64,000 nucleotides of DNA from the human T2T-CHM13v2.0 reference genome, Homo sapiens, in the NCBI RefSeq assembly GCF_009914755.1, contig NC_060926.1; one strand, 5' to 3'. A model generated the notes under the pieces. The model saw only the letters and a list, made by a program, of their open reading frames with translations, did no database searches and was not told the DNA's origin. This document shows, piece by piece, positions 1 to 14,009 of the stretch. Position 1 is the first letter of the stretch. The number at the start of each line of letters is the position of its first letter. The position numbers were made by a program, and so were the translations under genes.

Positions 1-69
1 CTTAATTGACAGGAAACTTGAGACAACGAAAAGCTAAGGAAGAAAATGCAAAAGAAAAGGAACTGAAAA

Positions 70-300
70 TGACAAGGAGCATTATGAAGGAAAAATACCA
101 ATCACGGAATGTAGACTAATGGAGCAGGGTCCTGCAGATAAGATATGAGTGTGAAAAGGAGCTTTGGAGGGAGAATTCCAGTCAGAAGAAACAAGCCTGT
201 GAAGGTCTCATGAAGGGAATGCATTTGAAGGCTTGAAAAATGTAAAGGAAGCCAGTGGTAAAAAGCAATGTGAATGAATGGAATAAGGATGAAATATATC
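70..300 (-). mobile_element. L2 LINE fragment (highly diverged)
   Basis: ggagggagaattccagtcagaagaaacaagcctgtgaagg resembles the reverse-strand L2 motif gagcattccaggcagagggaacagc. Confidence 0.4.
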
Positions 301-1858
301 AACCAATTAATATTTGTGGACCCTGCACACATTGAGAACAAGAAACTAGATAATCTCAAAGATTTCTTGAGATTAAAAAAACAAGCTGTCTTCTATATAT
401 AAAATAGCCTGAATCTCTAACCTGGTAGATGTATTTAGTAAAAATGTCACCATAGTTGTGACCAGAATGATTCAGTAAAATAATTGGAATTTGGTGTAGG
501 TGTTCTTTAAGTTCAATTGAAAGAAGCTCTGCACACTTTAAATAAATTCAGAATATGTAAAAAGAAAATGCAGTTTGTTTTTGTCTCACAGTGAGACAAA
601 GAATATAACTGAAAAGTATTCTTACTTGCTATTGAGCCAAATCAAGCTGAGAAATGTGAGAATTGGGGAATATGTTCTCTTTTAAACAGACCAAAAAAGC
701 ACTGCTTCATAAATATTTGGAGCAGAGTATAAGAATAAAGCTTTGGAATTCTATTCAAGTGGTCTCTGCCACAGTTTACCAGTCAAGCAAATGGGCATAT
801 GAAAATGTATACTTTTTTGTCAAAAATCATTTTGTAGCTATTTCTTTTTCATTATGATTTACAAAGAGATTGAAATCTCCACTGGAGTTCGGGATAGAAG
901 GGGTGGGTCATTAGGTTTCTGCCTCAAGGAAATGGGTCTCAGCATGCCACCAGCAGAGCTCAAATAGTGGTAATAAGGTCATCAATTATCTTGGCCTGGA
1001 TATAGTTTGAAACCCTGGGAGGTGAAACATACACCCAGAAAAAGATAAATTACCTTTCTGTGGGATTAAGCACCATCATCATGGAAGACAGGTGGCTTGA
1101 GCGTCTGTCGTACACACCCTATGAAAATGACTCCAAAGGATTAAAGGTGAAAATCAACATTCCATTCTCTGAGAAATGGGATTGTTTAAATGCCCCGAAC
1201 CTGGAACTATTTCCTGGACACCCAAACAATATTTATTTATGTTGATATGTAATTTTTTCCCAAAATTTAAAAAATTAATAATAATAATTTGCTTATTTGG
1301 GTTGTATTTATTGCTATATAAACAGGTGTATTATTTTTGACAAATATACATACAAACACGAGTTCAAGGCAAAACAAACAGACAAACAAGCAAAACAATT
1401 TTAGGAGCCACAAAGAACGTGAAAAATTAAATTCATTAAAGCAGCAAATTAAAACACCATCTTAAAAAGCCACTACCCTGAAATGCACCCCCTTGGGGGA
1501 CACATCAATTTAAATAAATGGGCTATGTATGCTGCCCTAAACTCCTCCAGAGCAGAGTGGTCAGAATATTCCATAAGGGTCTTAGCAAGAAGGCCAGTTC
1601 TCTGGGGATGCACTCTGACCACTGGGATCTGTCCTCCACTAATTACTTGAGAAGTAGTGATTTCCCTCAGGTCTCATTGTATTTACACACAAACTCTCAC
1701 TACTTAGCACCATGCCACTTACATTTAACAACATGCACATGTTGTTAATGACTTACTTATCCTTTGTGTCAGTGCACTCTGTCCTTAGAGGGCTGTTTGG
1801 CTTTAATTCTATTTCACATTGCTAACTTCAAAGGACCAGGGACTTGCTGATAAATATG

Positions 1859-2282
1859 CAGAGGTATGAAGGAGCCTGCTGGTGCTGACTTGCAAGAGCA
1901 GAAACTTAAATTTTTAGGAATTTGGTGAGCCAGTTTTTAAACAACATCATTATTAGCAATTACATTATATAAATATTCAGTTAAATATGTTATATTAAAA
2001 ATGAGCATATTAAATACAACTCACCACTCCCTAATAATTTTACTACATTCCACTATTATCTATGCCCTTGAAGTTATTTACATATTTTTATCTGTATACT
2101 AGAAATACTGTATCATGATGCATTTCTTACCAGCTGGACCTTTAGTGTTGTCACATTAATAGTTTGAAGTAGACTATGGTGGGTGTATTTACACCACAGA
2201 TATCAGCAAACATTGCAAAGCAGAACCCCTACCAACTCTCTTCCACAAAGCCATTTATTAAAGACTTACCAACGCGTCATGG
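1859..2282 (+). mobile_element. MER63B-like hAT-Blackjack DNA transposon
   Basis: Matches recalled MER63 blocks: aaatttttaggaatttggtgagccag, ctaataattttactacattccactattatctatg, ggtgggtgtatttacaccacag. Confidence 0.8.
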
Positions 2283-2888
2283 CATATATGCTTTGTACAA
2301 TGACTTACCTGAGACAAAATACCAAAAAACCTTAAGCATTGCCTTTGATAATAACACTGGCATCATCAATAGGTCACCTGAGCTCTCTCCCCAGCAAGTG
2401 TGCATGAAAGGTGGATGAATAGAGGGGTCTAGAGAGCTTGCTTTGTGAACTGTACTCCACTCATGTCAGCTCTGTCAAACCTCACCAAAAAGGAGGAGTA
2501 ATCACATTTTGCAAATGCATTAATTGAAGTATATAAAGATTTATAATGTACTAATATATTGAAGGGTATCTGGCTAAAAGGTAGCAATGCCTGAATCCTC
2601 AACCAGAGCAGACTTCTTGATAATGAACTCTTTTCCACCATGCCACACAGAACTTCAGGGTTGTTGACTCTAATCAAAGTCCCAAACTTAGAAAATTAGC
2701 AACCTAAAATTCTCATTTTATCTCAGATAATCTGAACAAACACATATAGATGCATCTAAAAAATCAAGAGGGGGCAGACATCATGTGGCCTTCTCAGGCA
2801 AAAAACAAAATAGATGATGTAACAAACACATAGAAAAAGCTCCCAGAGAATGCAGAATGATCCCAGAGAATGCAATGGAAATGCTGAA

Positions 2889-3279
2889 TGATATAATTTG
2901 AATATTTGTCCCTGCCTAAATCTCACATCAAATTGTAATCCATAATGTTGGAAGTGGGGCCTGGTGGGAGGTGATTCGACCATGGGAATGGACCCCTCAT
3001 TGCTTGGTGCTGTTTTCACAACAGTGAGTCAGTTCTCATAAGATCTGGTTGTTTGAAAGTATGTGGCACTACCCCCCCACTCTCTCTTGCTCCTGCTTTC
3101 GTCATGTGAAGTGCCTGCTCCCTCTTTGAGTAAAAGCTTCTTGAGGCCTCCCCAGAAGCAGATGCTGAAAGTACGTTTCCTGTACAGCCTGCAGGACCAT
3201 GAGCCAATTACACCTCTTTTCTTTTAAATTATCCAGTCTCAGGTATTATTTTACAGAAATTCAAGAACAGCCTAATACA
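2889..3279 (+). mobile_element. MSTB-like MaLR solo LTR
   Basis: TG...CA ends (tgatataatttg ... cctaataca), typical MST body, 5-bp TSD CTGAA at 2884-2888 and 3280-3284. Confidence 0.9.
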
Positions 3280-4417
3280 CTGAAGAACTCATCTTCAAAT
3301 ACATTCTATTACTTAGAGAATGAAATAACAGCAGAAAAGCGTATAAAGCTATTTTCATGCTAAAAGGGCTCGATGAAAACTTTGCATACATTTGTAATTT
3401 TTCATTTTCCTCCTATGGTTATATTATACCTGCTATAACAAAAGAAGACTGTTCATATTGAAATAATGCTGAAAATACCATTCCCCAGGAAGTTGGTACT
3501 AATGTCTATCCTTTACTCTTTACAGAATAAGTATGTAGCAAGCATTCATGCTAAATGCCAATGTACTTGAAAACTGACATGTTGATTATCATGTTTGGAT
3601 ATTATTCATTTTATTTATCTTTGAAAATACAAACATGCAGGCCCATTCTATAAATATTATCTCCATTGGAGAGCTACTACTAATAAAAAAATCTACATTT
3701 TTTTGGCTACTAAATGCTCTGAAACTCATTGTACATGCAGTATGTATTATAAAAATATTTTTTTTTCAGTACACACAAAGGACGATTGGGAAGAAGGGAG
3801 AGGCAGGGAGAGAAGGGGGTGGAAAGATGCAATTAGAGCTATGTTGGTTTGGCAAAGCCCCATCGAGCAGCAAGCTTGAGACTTTTTTTTTTTTTTTTTT
3901 TTTTTGGCCAAACCACTCCAGGCTTCTTGGGGGTCTTCTATCTGTTAAGAGGGCTTCATTCCAATAAGTATCTTCTGTAGTAGGAGGAAAATAAAGATAT
4001 AAAAGAATCACCAAACTAAAACCAACATGTGAGTGCACACATTGACACATATACACATAACCTGGGTGGTAAACACACTCAATGGGAAATATTTAGCCTT
4101 GAAGGAGATAAAACTGAGTCTGAGAATCCCACTTATGGCAGGTTAAAATTAACAAATCATCAACAAAGAGTAACCTGCAATAATGTACTATGGTTTTGAA
4201 AGTGGAAACATTAAATCGGTATCTTAATATTACCTATATATTGTCCCAGCTAGGATTATGATTGAAAGCAAAACATTTTTATAACAGGTTGTACAATGGT
4301 TTATGCATGCTCATGGAGGTGCACCAAATTGGATTTTGAAAAAGACATATGTGCCCCGAAAAGCAAAAAGGTCAATTTTTGCCATTAGGATGTAAACACC
4401 ATCTTTATAATTGCCAT

Positions 4418-4474
4418 TATCACTATTATCACCACCAAGAACAATATCATCACCATCACCATCATCATCATCAC
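4418..4474. repeat. degenerate (CAT/CAC)n microsatellite
   Basis: atcatcaccatcaccatcatcatcatcac. Confidence 0.7.
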
Positions 4475-5167
4475 TAGCAATTCCTGAAAGTTACTAAGTC
4501 AAACAAAACTGTTTTGGTGTAAAAATGTGATTGAGTTTGCTTGCATATTCCTTTTAGTTGAGAGATGGAGCCACATCGAACTGCATTAGTGGATCTCAAA
4601 CTTATCTACACATTACACTCACCTACCAGAAGTTTAAAGCAATATCTAATAAATTACTAATCTAGCCTGTTTTTTTTTTCATGGCCATACTGAGGAAACA
4701 ACCAGAAAGGTGAAGAAGTATTGGATTTTGAATTTATTTGAGTGTGATAACTACAGCTAAATGCAAACTTACTGAGTTATTTCTCCTACTTTCCCTGAGT
4801 GGTGTCCAGAACTCCTTTGGAGCTTTTGTTCAGGTGGGTAGTAGGCCTGCCTCTTTCTCACCTCTGTCCTGCCACTTAATTTGAGTCACATAAAGTAAAA
4901 AGTGATCACTTTTCTAAGAATACCAGCAGGTAAGAGGATCAGAAGTAGGGCTCTAATAATAAAATAATAGAGAGATTTTAAAAATCATTTTGTTTTCTAT
5001 TATGAGATATCATAGATATTATTATTAATATGTCATAGCTTTACACTTGAAGGCTTTGTAAATAGTTACTAAATTCTATTAATAATTACAGTGATAATTA
5101 TTTATTAGTCTTAAAAATAAAAAAAGGTTTAACAAGATCAGTTTAAACAATTAAGCATAAAGTGTGA

Positions 5168-5530
<363 letters not shown>

Positions 5531-5799
5531 ACTTTCTCTAATTTTTAACAAAAAGCACGCTGGTTTGAAATAGCGTTTTAGTGAACAAAACTTGAAGACA
5601 GCAATGGCTTTAACTGGTCTCTGAATACTCTAAGTGGGCATCTTGAGTCACTGCTAAAATGATATTTTTTAAATGTAATACTGAAGAAGCTGATTCACTG
5701 ATTAGAATTTCCCTTCTTCTGCAAGATTATTATGAACTCTGTGCTTATTCCTCTCTTGTCAGCAGGGACCATCCCTTGAACTCACAGTGCACACATAAA

Positions 5800-5905
5800 A
5801 ACTCCATGTGCTGAAATGCACACATTTGAATTCCATGCATTGAAATGCACATATGTAAACTCCATGCACTGAAATGCATATATGTGAATTCCATACACTG
5901 AAATG
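5800..5905. repeat. 29-bp tandem minisatellite, about 3.7 copies
   Basis: Units aactccatgtgctgaaatgcacacatttg / aattccatgcattgaaatgcacatatgta / aactccatgcactgaaatgcatatatgtg / aattccatacactgaaatg. Confidence 0.9.
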
Positions 5906-6099
5906 TTGAGCACTGGACCTGCTCACTGTCAAAGCCTCCAAACAGCCATTTTCCTCTGCCTGGAATTAGCAAGTTCTTGCTCCTTTCACCTATACAGTTA
6001 ACTCCAAAGAAAGTGCCATCTCCTGTTTGGGATGTGGATGAAAAAAAGGTTCATCATCCATTTCCTCTTCAGTGTTCCCCCAATTGCTTAATGTATATC

Positions 6100-6240
6100 T
6101 AATGTTAATATTTGTTTACAATTCAGACTTACCTACTAGAATACAAATTCTATGAAGGTAAAAATGTTATGTTATTCATGTAGTTTTCTCCCAATGCTTA
6201 CCACTTAGGCTTAGATGCATATTTATTGGATAACTGACTA
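6100..6240 (+). mobile_element. L2 3' end fragment
   Basis: ctactagaatacaaattctatgaagg ... atatttattggataactga matches the L2 3' terminus pattern. Confidence 0.55.
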
Positions 6241-6506
6241 AAAATATAAAAAGTACACAAATAACCTATTAGACAGTAACTAATAATTCAAGAATAGAAT
6301 AAGCACATTGTATATGCACTTTGGGAGTTATGATTACCTCACGGAATGCTATTCCATTATGACTAAATTATAAAATTATAAACATCTTCTGGATATGACA
6401 CACTTGATGGAGATGTTCTAGGTCAAAGCCAGAAGTCTAAGACATTAAGAAATTTAGCAGGGGAGACAACATGTACTTCTTGATATTTATATTAAGAAGC
6501 CACTTA

Positions 6507-6813
<307 letters not shown>

Positions 6814-7214
6814 TCAGATAAGATATTACTTAGCATTAAGAATACATGTATCAAAAAAAAAAAGAATACGTGTATCACTTTTCTATATGCTCTTTCCTCT
6901 TTCCATTTTCTTCTACACGCATTTGTTCAGTTAATTGTGTTCAATGTCAGCTGTATCAATGTCAACTGCAGAAATATCAGCACAGCAAGGATACCATTTA
7001 TGAAATTAGCATTTAACTAGTTCTCCAAATACCACCATTGCTATGATTTATTTTAGCATGTGGCAAAATGATGATGATGACAGATGACAACTCTCATTTT
7101 GGAAATAGATATCTAACAAGTCATAGGTCAACAAACAAATTATTTTGTTCATTTCTTTTGCTCATAAAATTGCCCAAACTAATTATTTCCTGTTTTGTAG
7201 AAATAATATAAATC

Positions 7215-7370
7215 ACAGAATCATACATAGAATGATAAGATCATCTAGGGTAATCTTTGCATTTTACATCTGAAGAAACTGAGGGCCAGCAAAGCAATGG
7301 GACACATCCAGGGACACAAAGTGTGGTGAAAAAAGGGTTAAGACAGGTAGCTCTTGATTTCCAAGTGAGT
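7215..7370 (-). mobile_element. MIR SINE
   Basis: Core cattttacatctgaagaaactgagg. Confidence 0.65.
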
Positions 7371-7827
7371 ATCTTTTAAGGTGCCTAGAACATTCTTAGA
7401 TATTAATACAATCCAATGTACACACTACTGTCATCAAATCATTTCAGGTTCTTTCATTTACTATATTTTTTCTGTCATTAAACAAAACATTAATTTGACC
7501 AGTCCTCATTTCTATTTTAATATCTTAGTTCTATAGGAAATAAACTGGAACACAAGAGAGATTTGATGGAAATCTCACTCTCCCTCACAACTTACTTCCA
7601 AGAGAATATGCCCCTGCTCCTTGAGCCTTCTATATGGGACCTAGGTTAAAAAATCCAGTTATTTTGTCCTCAACAGATGCAGATTTGACCACAGGTGGAT
7701 ACTTAAAGAAAAAAAATTATTGGCTGGGCAGGGTAAATTATCTTTTTTTCAGTTGATAAATTGAGATGAAAATTTGTGGTGCTCTGCACTTCTAACGTCC
7801 TGTGGAGTTGAACAGAAAGATAGCATC

Positions 7828-8340
7828 ATTTATTCATTAATTCAGAAAACATTTTATTGAGAGCTTGCTACGTGCTAGGCACTCTTCTGAGCAATTGGGA
7901 CACATTGGCAAATAAAAGAGATAAAGATCTATACCCTTGGGAACTTACAATCTAGTGGGAGAGAAATAGATAATAAACCATACACTTAATAAATAAGACA
8001 TGATACAATATATTAGAAAGTGATAAAACCTACGAAACAAAGGAAAAACAAATGGGATAAGCAAAGCCAAGACTCTTGGGGTAGGGAGGGGAGGAGTCAC
8101 AGGACATGAAGATATAAGAAAAGATTTAAAAGATATAAGAAAGATTTATCCAAGAGAATATATTATGAAAAAAAAGCCCCAGGTAGAGGGAACTCCCAAT
8201 AGTAAGTGTCCAGCCTGGCCTGTTCTGGGGACTTCAGCAAAGAGGCCAGGGTAAAAGGAGTAGAGGAGGCAGGTAGGAAAACAGCAGTGACGAAGCAGAG
8301 AAAAAATAGAATAGATAGCGTATGATATTGTGTGCAAAAT
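7828..8340 (-). mobile_element. L2a 3' region
   Basis: ttcattaattcagaaaacattttattgagagcttgctacgtgctaggcactcttctg is the reverse-strand L2a 3' end. Confidence 0.75.
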
Positions 8341-9499
8341 TTCTCATATATGTCAAAAGTAAGAGGCAGAAGAGAAAAACTATTTGGGAGAGAAGAGAAT
8401 GAAATTAATATGCTGAAAGAGGCTGAGAAATTGCAACCCTAGAGTGGGGAAGCTACTGTGAGTCTTGGTCACATTTTTCACAATTTGGATATTTCAGATT
8501 ACCCGCTATTCTACTAATAGCCTTTTATTCCCTGGAGTTGGCTACAGAAGGTTTAGCAACAAGAAGACCTGGAATAGGTGCTATTAGTCTTAAACAAATA
8601 TAATAAAAATGGCTAGTATAACATGAGTTTTTCATACTCAGAAAGCATATACCAGAACAGTATCTATAACAACATAAAACTGTAGAATAACATTAAGGTG
8701 GATATTAATATATTGAATACATTTTAAAATAATATTTAAAAAGTATTTTTCAAAGTTAATTTCTGATGGGCTATTAACATGAGAAACATGAGTGTTTAAT
8801 GCAACCAAATTTATATACATTAAAATGACACAATTTCTGCATTAACGTTACAAACAAATAAACGATCCAGGCTATCATCTTGGCAGAGGATATATGTAGG
8901 CAGCTTTGATCCAGTACAAACTAACCTTTTGGAGATAATGATGATGAGGGAGCCACAATAGGACAAAATGGCTGAAAGCCTGTATATAGACTGAAACAAT
9001 TAAAATAAACACTGGGAAAACTCAAAACGCCGCCAAAAAGAAATATGATTCTTAGAGGTAATTCCCTTCTGAGATAAAAACAAGTTGAGCAGAAAAGAGA
9101 AAAATAATTAACTAGTTAACTGAGCTTTTGTTAACATTTCTGCAAAATAAAAATCTTCAAAAGGTCCTGCCCAGCACAGATATCTATGCGACACCCAAGC
9201 ACATTTACAAACTCACCAAAATCTTATATGAAAGTTTTTTTTCAAAGATAACCATTATGAACCAAACCAGTAAAGCCCCAAAGAACAGAACATGGATAAA
9301 CTCTGGGGGTCAGGAAGTGATTCTTGACTAAATAAGAAAAAAGTCTATGGATTCCTAAGAAGAAGGAATCTCAGCCCTCTGTGTCTAAAGAGAAATGAAC
9401 AAAAAACACGAACTTAATTTTTATAGCTTATAGAATTTTTTAATTATAAGAAAACCACAAGATAGCACAAAACAAAACAAGAAAAGACCATCACAAATT

Positions 9500-9610
9500 T
9501 CTCTCTATTCTAATAAGAAAACTATAACTCAGAGAGATTAGAGAGGGTTGTTCAAGGTCATACAACTAGTGACAGAGCTGGGATGTAACCTATGGTCACT
9601 TGATACTCAT
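9500..9610 (-). mobile_element. MIR SINE fragment
   Basis: gttgttcaaggtcatacaactagtgacagagctgggatgtaacc. Confidence 0.7.
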
Positions 9611-9956
9611 TGCAGAGTTACTTTCCCTAAACACACAATTCTTTAGAGCTTAACAGCACAGACCTCACGCAACTCCTGATCACTAAGTCAACTGCCCCAT
9701 AGCAATGTTCTAGCTCTACATGGCTTACACTGAGAAGTTCAACATAGAGGATAAGGAAAATTAAACTAAAAATTGACAAAAAAATTAAAATTCTGAAATA
9801 TAATAAATACAAAAACCACTGAAGTAGCCAAAGATAAACATTAGTTGGAACCCCATCCTGAGTCTTGGCTTCAAATGAAGGGAGTTTCCAGAGAAATGTA
9901 GAGAGAGATCACACTGGGACCACGTTTTGAAACCTCCCATCTTTTTGGTCTGAGAA

Positions 9957-10026
9957 ATTTGCATGTGCAATTACTACATTTGCATGCCTAATTACACCAC
10001 AGGAAGACACACATGCCAATTGGCAT
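9957..10026. promoter_or_regulatory. candidate enhancer motif cluster (2x octamer, TAATTA, NFI-like palindrome)
   Basis: ATTTGCAT at 9957-9964 and 9978-9985, TAATTA at 9989-9994, ATGCCAATTGGCAT palindrome at 10013-10026, in apparently non-repeat sequence. Confidence 0.4.
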
Positions 10027-11599
10027 TTGAAAATGTGTTAACTGCACACACAGAAGGGTGGCCCTTTAAAATGTTGGCCATAAGAATCTATTCATTAGGA
10101 ATGGGTCATGTGAGTCACACTGGGGAGAGAAAGATGGTCCATTTTGAAGCGATCTGAGCATATTCAGTTTGGATGCAAACAAGGAGAATTGATTGATGCA
10201 CAAGGAGAGGAAATACTGGGTTTTGAGTAAGTACTTTGGAAACCAGCAGAATCCACAGGGAAAGCATTTCAGGCATTAGCTAATTGGATTAGCTGTGGTG
10301 TTTTCTGTCGATCCTAAGGAATTTATAAGCTATAGATTAAAATCATCAAACAACTCTGGTCACAGAGGTGAGGAGCTTCTTTTATTGTGCTAGTAAACAT
10401 TTAGTCCTGTGGACTAGACTATAAGTATATTCAGTCTCCTGCCTCATCTAAAGCAGATGAAATATATTCCATGGAGTCTGGAGCATATGTTTTTTTTTTT
10501 TCTCCTTCATTTGTAAACAAAAATCCTGGGAGAAAACAAATCATAACTTTGAATGCTTCATAGTGGTAGATTACAGATTGCCTGTTCTCCCAGAATTGTG
10601 TAATTTCCCCTCAACAGGAAACAATGGGATATTTCCTCAGCTCTGGATAGCTCTATTGAGCAGCTTTCTCTCTCTCTGCTGTGCAAAAATAATAATTTGA
10701 AGATTCTTGCAGAGTCATATATAACCTTTGGAAATACACCAGTAATTGTGAATTAGTAAATGCCTTAGGATATAACAGTAAAACATAGGTTGAGGGCATG
10801 AACTCCAAACATGATGTGAGCTGGTGTCAAAAAAATATCTGGTTTTAAACACCCTGAAATTCCACTGTGGGGAGTTTATTCTGGACTCTTCAAATATCAT
10901 TTTGGAGCTTAGATCAATGGATTTAGAGTTTCATAAGCAAGCCATGGACACATTCTATTGATTAAATCATTTAAAATGGAAAGGGAGAAACTGAGTGGTG
11001 TTTTAATACTCCTTTCCTTTGAAATCCTCTGTGTATCATATAAATGGCTTTCTGTAGTGACTTTATGTAAACATTTATTGTAGCCTATCCTCCCAGAGGT
11101 CAAAGATACATCTTTTCAGATGAGAACCCAGCAGAACTTTATTGTCCACATCATCAAATTTTATTCACCTAGTTACACTAATTAAAAAATAACAAACTTC
11201 AGGATCATCACAATGCTGTCTTCCTAAACTCAATTACTGCCTAACTTACCTCCAAAAAAAAAAAAAAAAATCTAAAACAAGCATTGCAATTCATACACAC
11301 TACTTTAGTACTCTCTTATAAGGGCATAATGAAATAATTGAAGGAACACTGTTCTGGGAATGTACAGACAGAAAGTCTATGAATGGCTACCATGACTTCT
11401 TCCAGTCCATGCTCCTCTCAGATGTAATCAATACTTTTTAACATTCATGCCCCATTTATGTGTCTCTACTTGAGGACTATCTTCCCTGAACACCATATGG
11501 AAAGTAGCCACCTTGCGCCTGAACCCTTACTGATTAACACTATATTTGGTTCCGTGGCCTTCCTAGTAATTTTCTGGCTCTAAGATGATCTGTTTTTTG

Positions 11600-11740
11600 G
11601 TGTGTATCTTGCTCACTCAAACTACAAGAAGGTGATTTCCAGGACACTAGAAATGAAATCATTATTTTCTTTTCTTTGTAATCCACATCTCCTAGAGCAA
11701 AGCCTGATACACATTATTCCTATGGATGTTTGTTCAATGA
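11600..11740 (+). mobile_element. L2 3' end fragment
   Basis: ctcctagagcaaagcctgatacacat ... atgtttgttcaatga. Confidence 0.5.
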
Positions 11741-11764
11741 CCCCCTTGGGGATCTATTAAATAC

Positions 11765-11930
11765 TGGGTAATTTTTCAAGCATTATCCCATCTAATCCTC
11801 AAAACAATTTCATGGGAAAATACTGTAAAAGAAGACCGAGATTTCTATAATTTGAATATTTTGTACAAATTAACATAACTAATAAGTGGGGGAGTTGGGT
11901 TTTGCTCTCAGACCTGCCCTACTACAGACA
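11765..11930 (-). mobile_element. MIR SINE
   Basis: cattatcccatctaatcctcaaaacaa ... ataactaataagtgggggagttgggtttt. Confidence 0.6.
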
Positions 11931-13649
11931 CTTTCCATGAGCATACTGTTGATTGTGTCCCTATCTGTGTCATGATTATAAGAGTAGCTCTAGATAAATA
12001 ATATGGCCAAATATTAGTTATTTACCCCCAAAAAGGAAGGCTTTGGACTAGATGTATTTTTAAATTCTCCACTGTTGTGGAAGTAGAAATCCATGACTTT
12101 ATTATTCCACTTTTCTCCATGACAACTATCATAAATATTTTACATTTCTAAGGGGCAGATATGCCTATTCAAAGGGCAAATACACACCTTGAGTTTTTCG
12201 AAATTAATTAAATTTAAAGTAAGAGCGTTAATATAAAAGTGACCTTTTTATATCGAAGTTTATTAATTCATAACTCTTCCCCTAAAAGTGATGAAAATAA
12301 AGACATACTTTTGCCAAAACAAGCAGACTTACAAAAGGAGTGGTGATTCTGAGGCTCACCATCAAACATGCAGAACCTTAGTGAAATTATATGAATGTCA
12401 GAGCCTCTTTTGTTCTTAGATAAATTTTAGTTAAAATCAAATGTAATCTTATAAGGGCTGTAATATCTTCCTCATTTTTCAAGCATGTTATTGCCAATGC
12501 TGTTTGATTTTTATATGATTCCAGTTTTTAAAGAATAGTTAGACTTGTTATCAAAATTTTGATTGTTTTGAAAATTCTGTTTGCTAAAAATAAATACCAA
12601 AATGCAAATAAGTTTGCCCTTTTCACTTTCATTAAACTCTTGTATAAGGAAATATACAAATTTTAGTATAACTTGTGATACTCTATGAAGTTTGTAACAA
12701 AGTTTTTGAAAGTTAATTGGAAGCAATTATTGATTTTTAAAAAGCTCACTTTGTCCAACAGTTTTCTCTCTCTTGCTCATTTCCTTATGTAAAAGAATTT
12801 AACCAAAGAAAGCCAGCATTCTAATTCAATTTCTCCTCCAAAGTATATAATTTTATTTTGTCATAATGGCTGCTTTTATTTCCAGGGTCAGATTTTATTT
12901 AAATTTCAGTCCATTAGGAACAAAAACTTGCCATTTTCGGATAAACAAAATCAGCAGGGGAGCCTCTTCAAAAGAGAAATGTATTTCCATCGACCTTTGT
13001 TTTATTTGATCTAAATGACAGGTATATACCACTTTTCCTGTGTTTACTTTTAAAGAATCTTAAAAAAAAGGGGGGTGACATTTTTAACAACAAAACTAGC
13101 AATCACCCTAGTAGTCCTGTGACAGGCAGATGGAAGAAATGATAAAAAGATGTAATCCATTGCTTTAGACCACCAAAGAGGCCTAATATGAGTCATTAGC
13201 AGAAAACCGTTAATTTTCTTTTTTCCCTATTCTGACTGTTGTTTGTAGAAGTGCTCAACCTCTTAGGAATTGGAACATTTAACTGTTTCTTGCTATTTTG
13301 CAAGATGGAGGCCAAAGCATTAAGAGAAGGGAATTAAGCAATATGCCATTACATAGTTTAAGAAATCTGAGTGATATAGATAACATTTTAGAGCCTCTTA
13401 GGTTGAACTTGATAATAGCTAATGAGAAGAATTAACACTAGTAGAGCACTTTAAAGATTATAAAGGGCCTTCACAAACAATATCTAATTTCCTGGACATC
13501 CTCCCAAAAATCCAACTCTCAGAAAATCTATTTCCTTGAACATAGAGAACTAAAACCCAGGTCCTCCTATTTCAAATTCAAGACTATGTTAATCCACACA
13601 AACTAATAAAAATATGATGATGTTCCAATCTAATATGGATGAAAGCAGT

Positions 13650-13930
13650 CACTTTCCCCAGGTTTGTCTGGCAAAACACCAGTTCTCCATGATGCTAAAA
13701 GGCATCAATTATGGGGGGAAAGATTCATGGATATCTATACCTGTATAACTTATTAAGGTAAACACTCTTTTCTGCAGGATATCTCAGAATATTTAATATC
13801 TAATATGCACTGATTATGGCCAAGAGATTGATTTAATATGTGGTCCTTTTCAACTTAAAATGATCAAGAAAACTTTTACTCTGAGGATCTCTAAGAACTA
13901 ACACTAAGGGAAACCCTCGGTGAATTCTTT
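13650..13930. mobile_element. MER112/MER117-like hAT-Charlie DNA transposon
   Basis: ctgcaggatatctcagaatatttaatatctaatatgcactg resembles the recalled consensus; degenerate terminal inverted repeats. Confidence 0.5.
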
Positions 13931-14009
13931 TCCAGAATGCTTTAATATTTTGAAACAGTCTTTTTCCCTATCCCTTGATATAGGTCCTATAGACATAGAG
14001 TGATAGATA

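Noticed and set aside
3883-3905. Isolated poly-T (also poly-A at 11254, 14573 and 38935) as retro-insertions
   Set aside because: No TSD or element body visible; treated as mononucleotide microsatellites
4882-4936. AP-1 site plus strong donor CAG|GTAAGA
   Set aside because: No matching acceptor or promoter evidence; single motifs of this kind are frequent across the window
5800-5905. CRISPR-like 29-bp repeats
   Set aside because: Units abut with no unique spacers, there are no cas genes, and the DNA is primate
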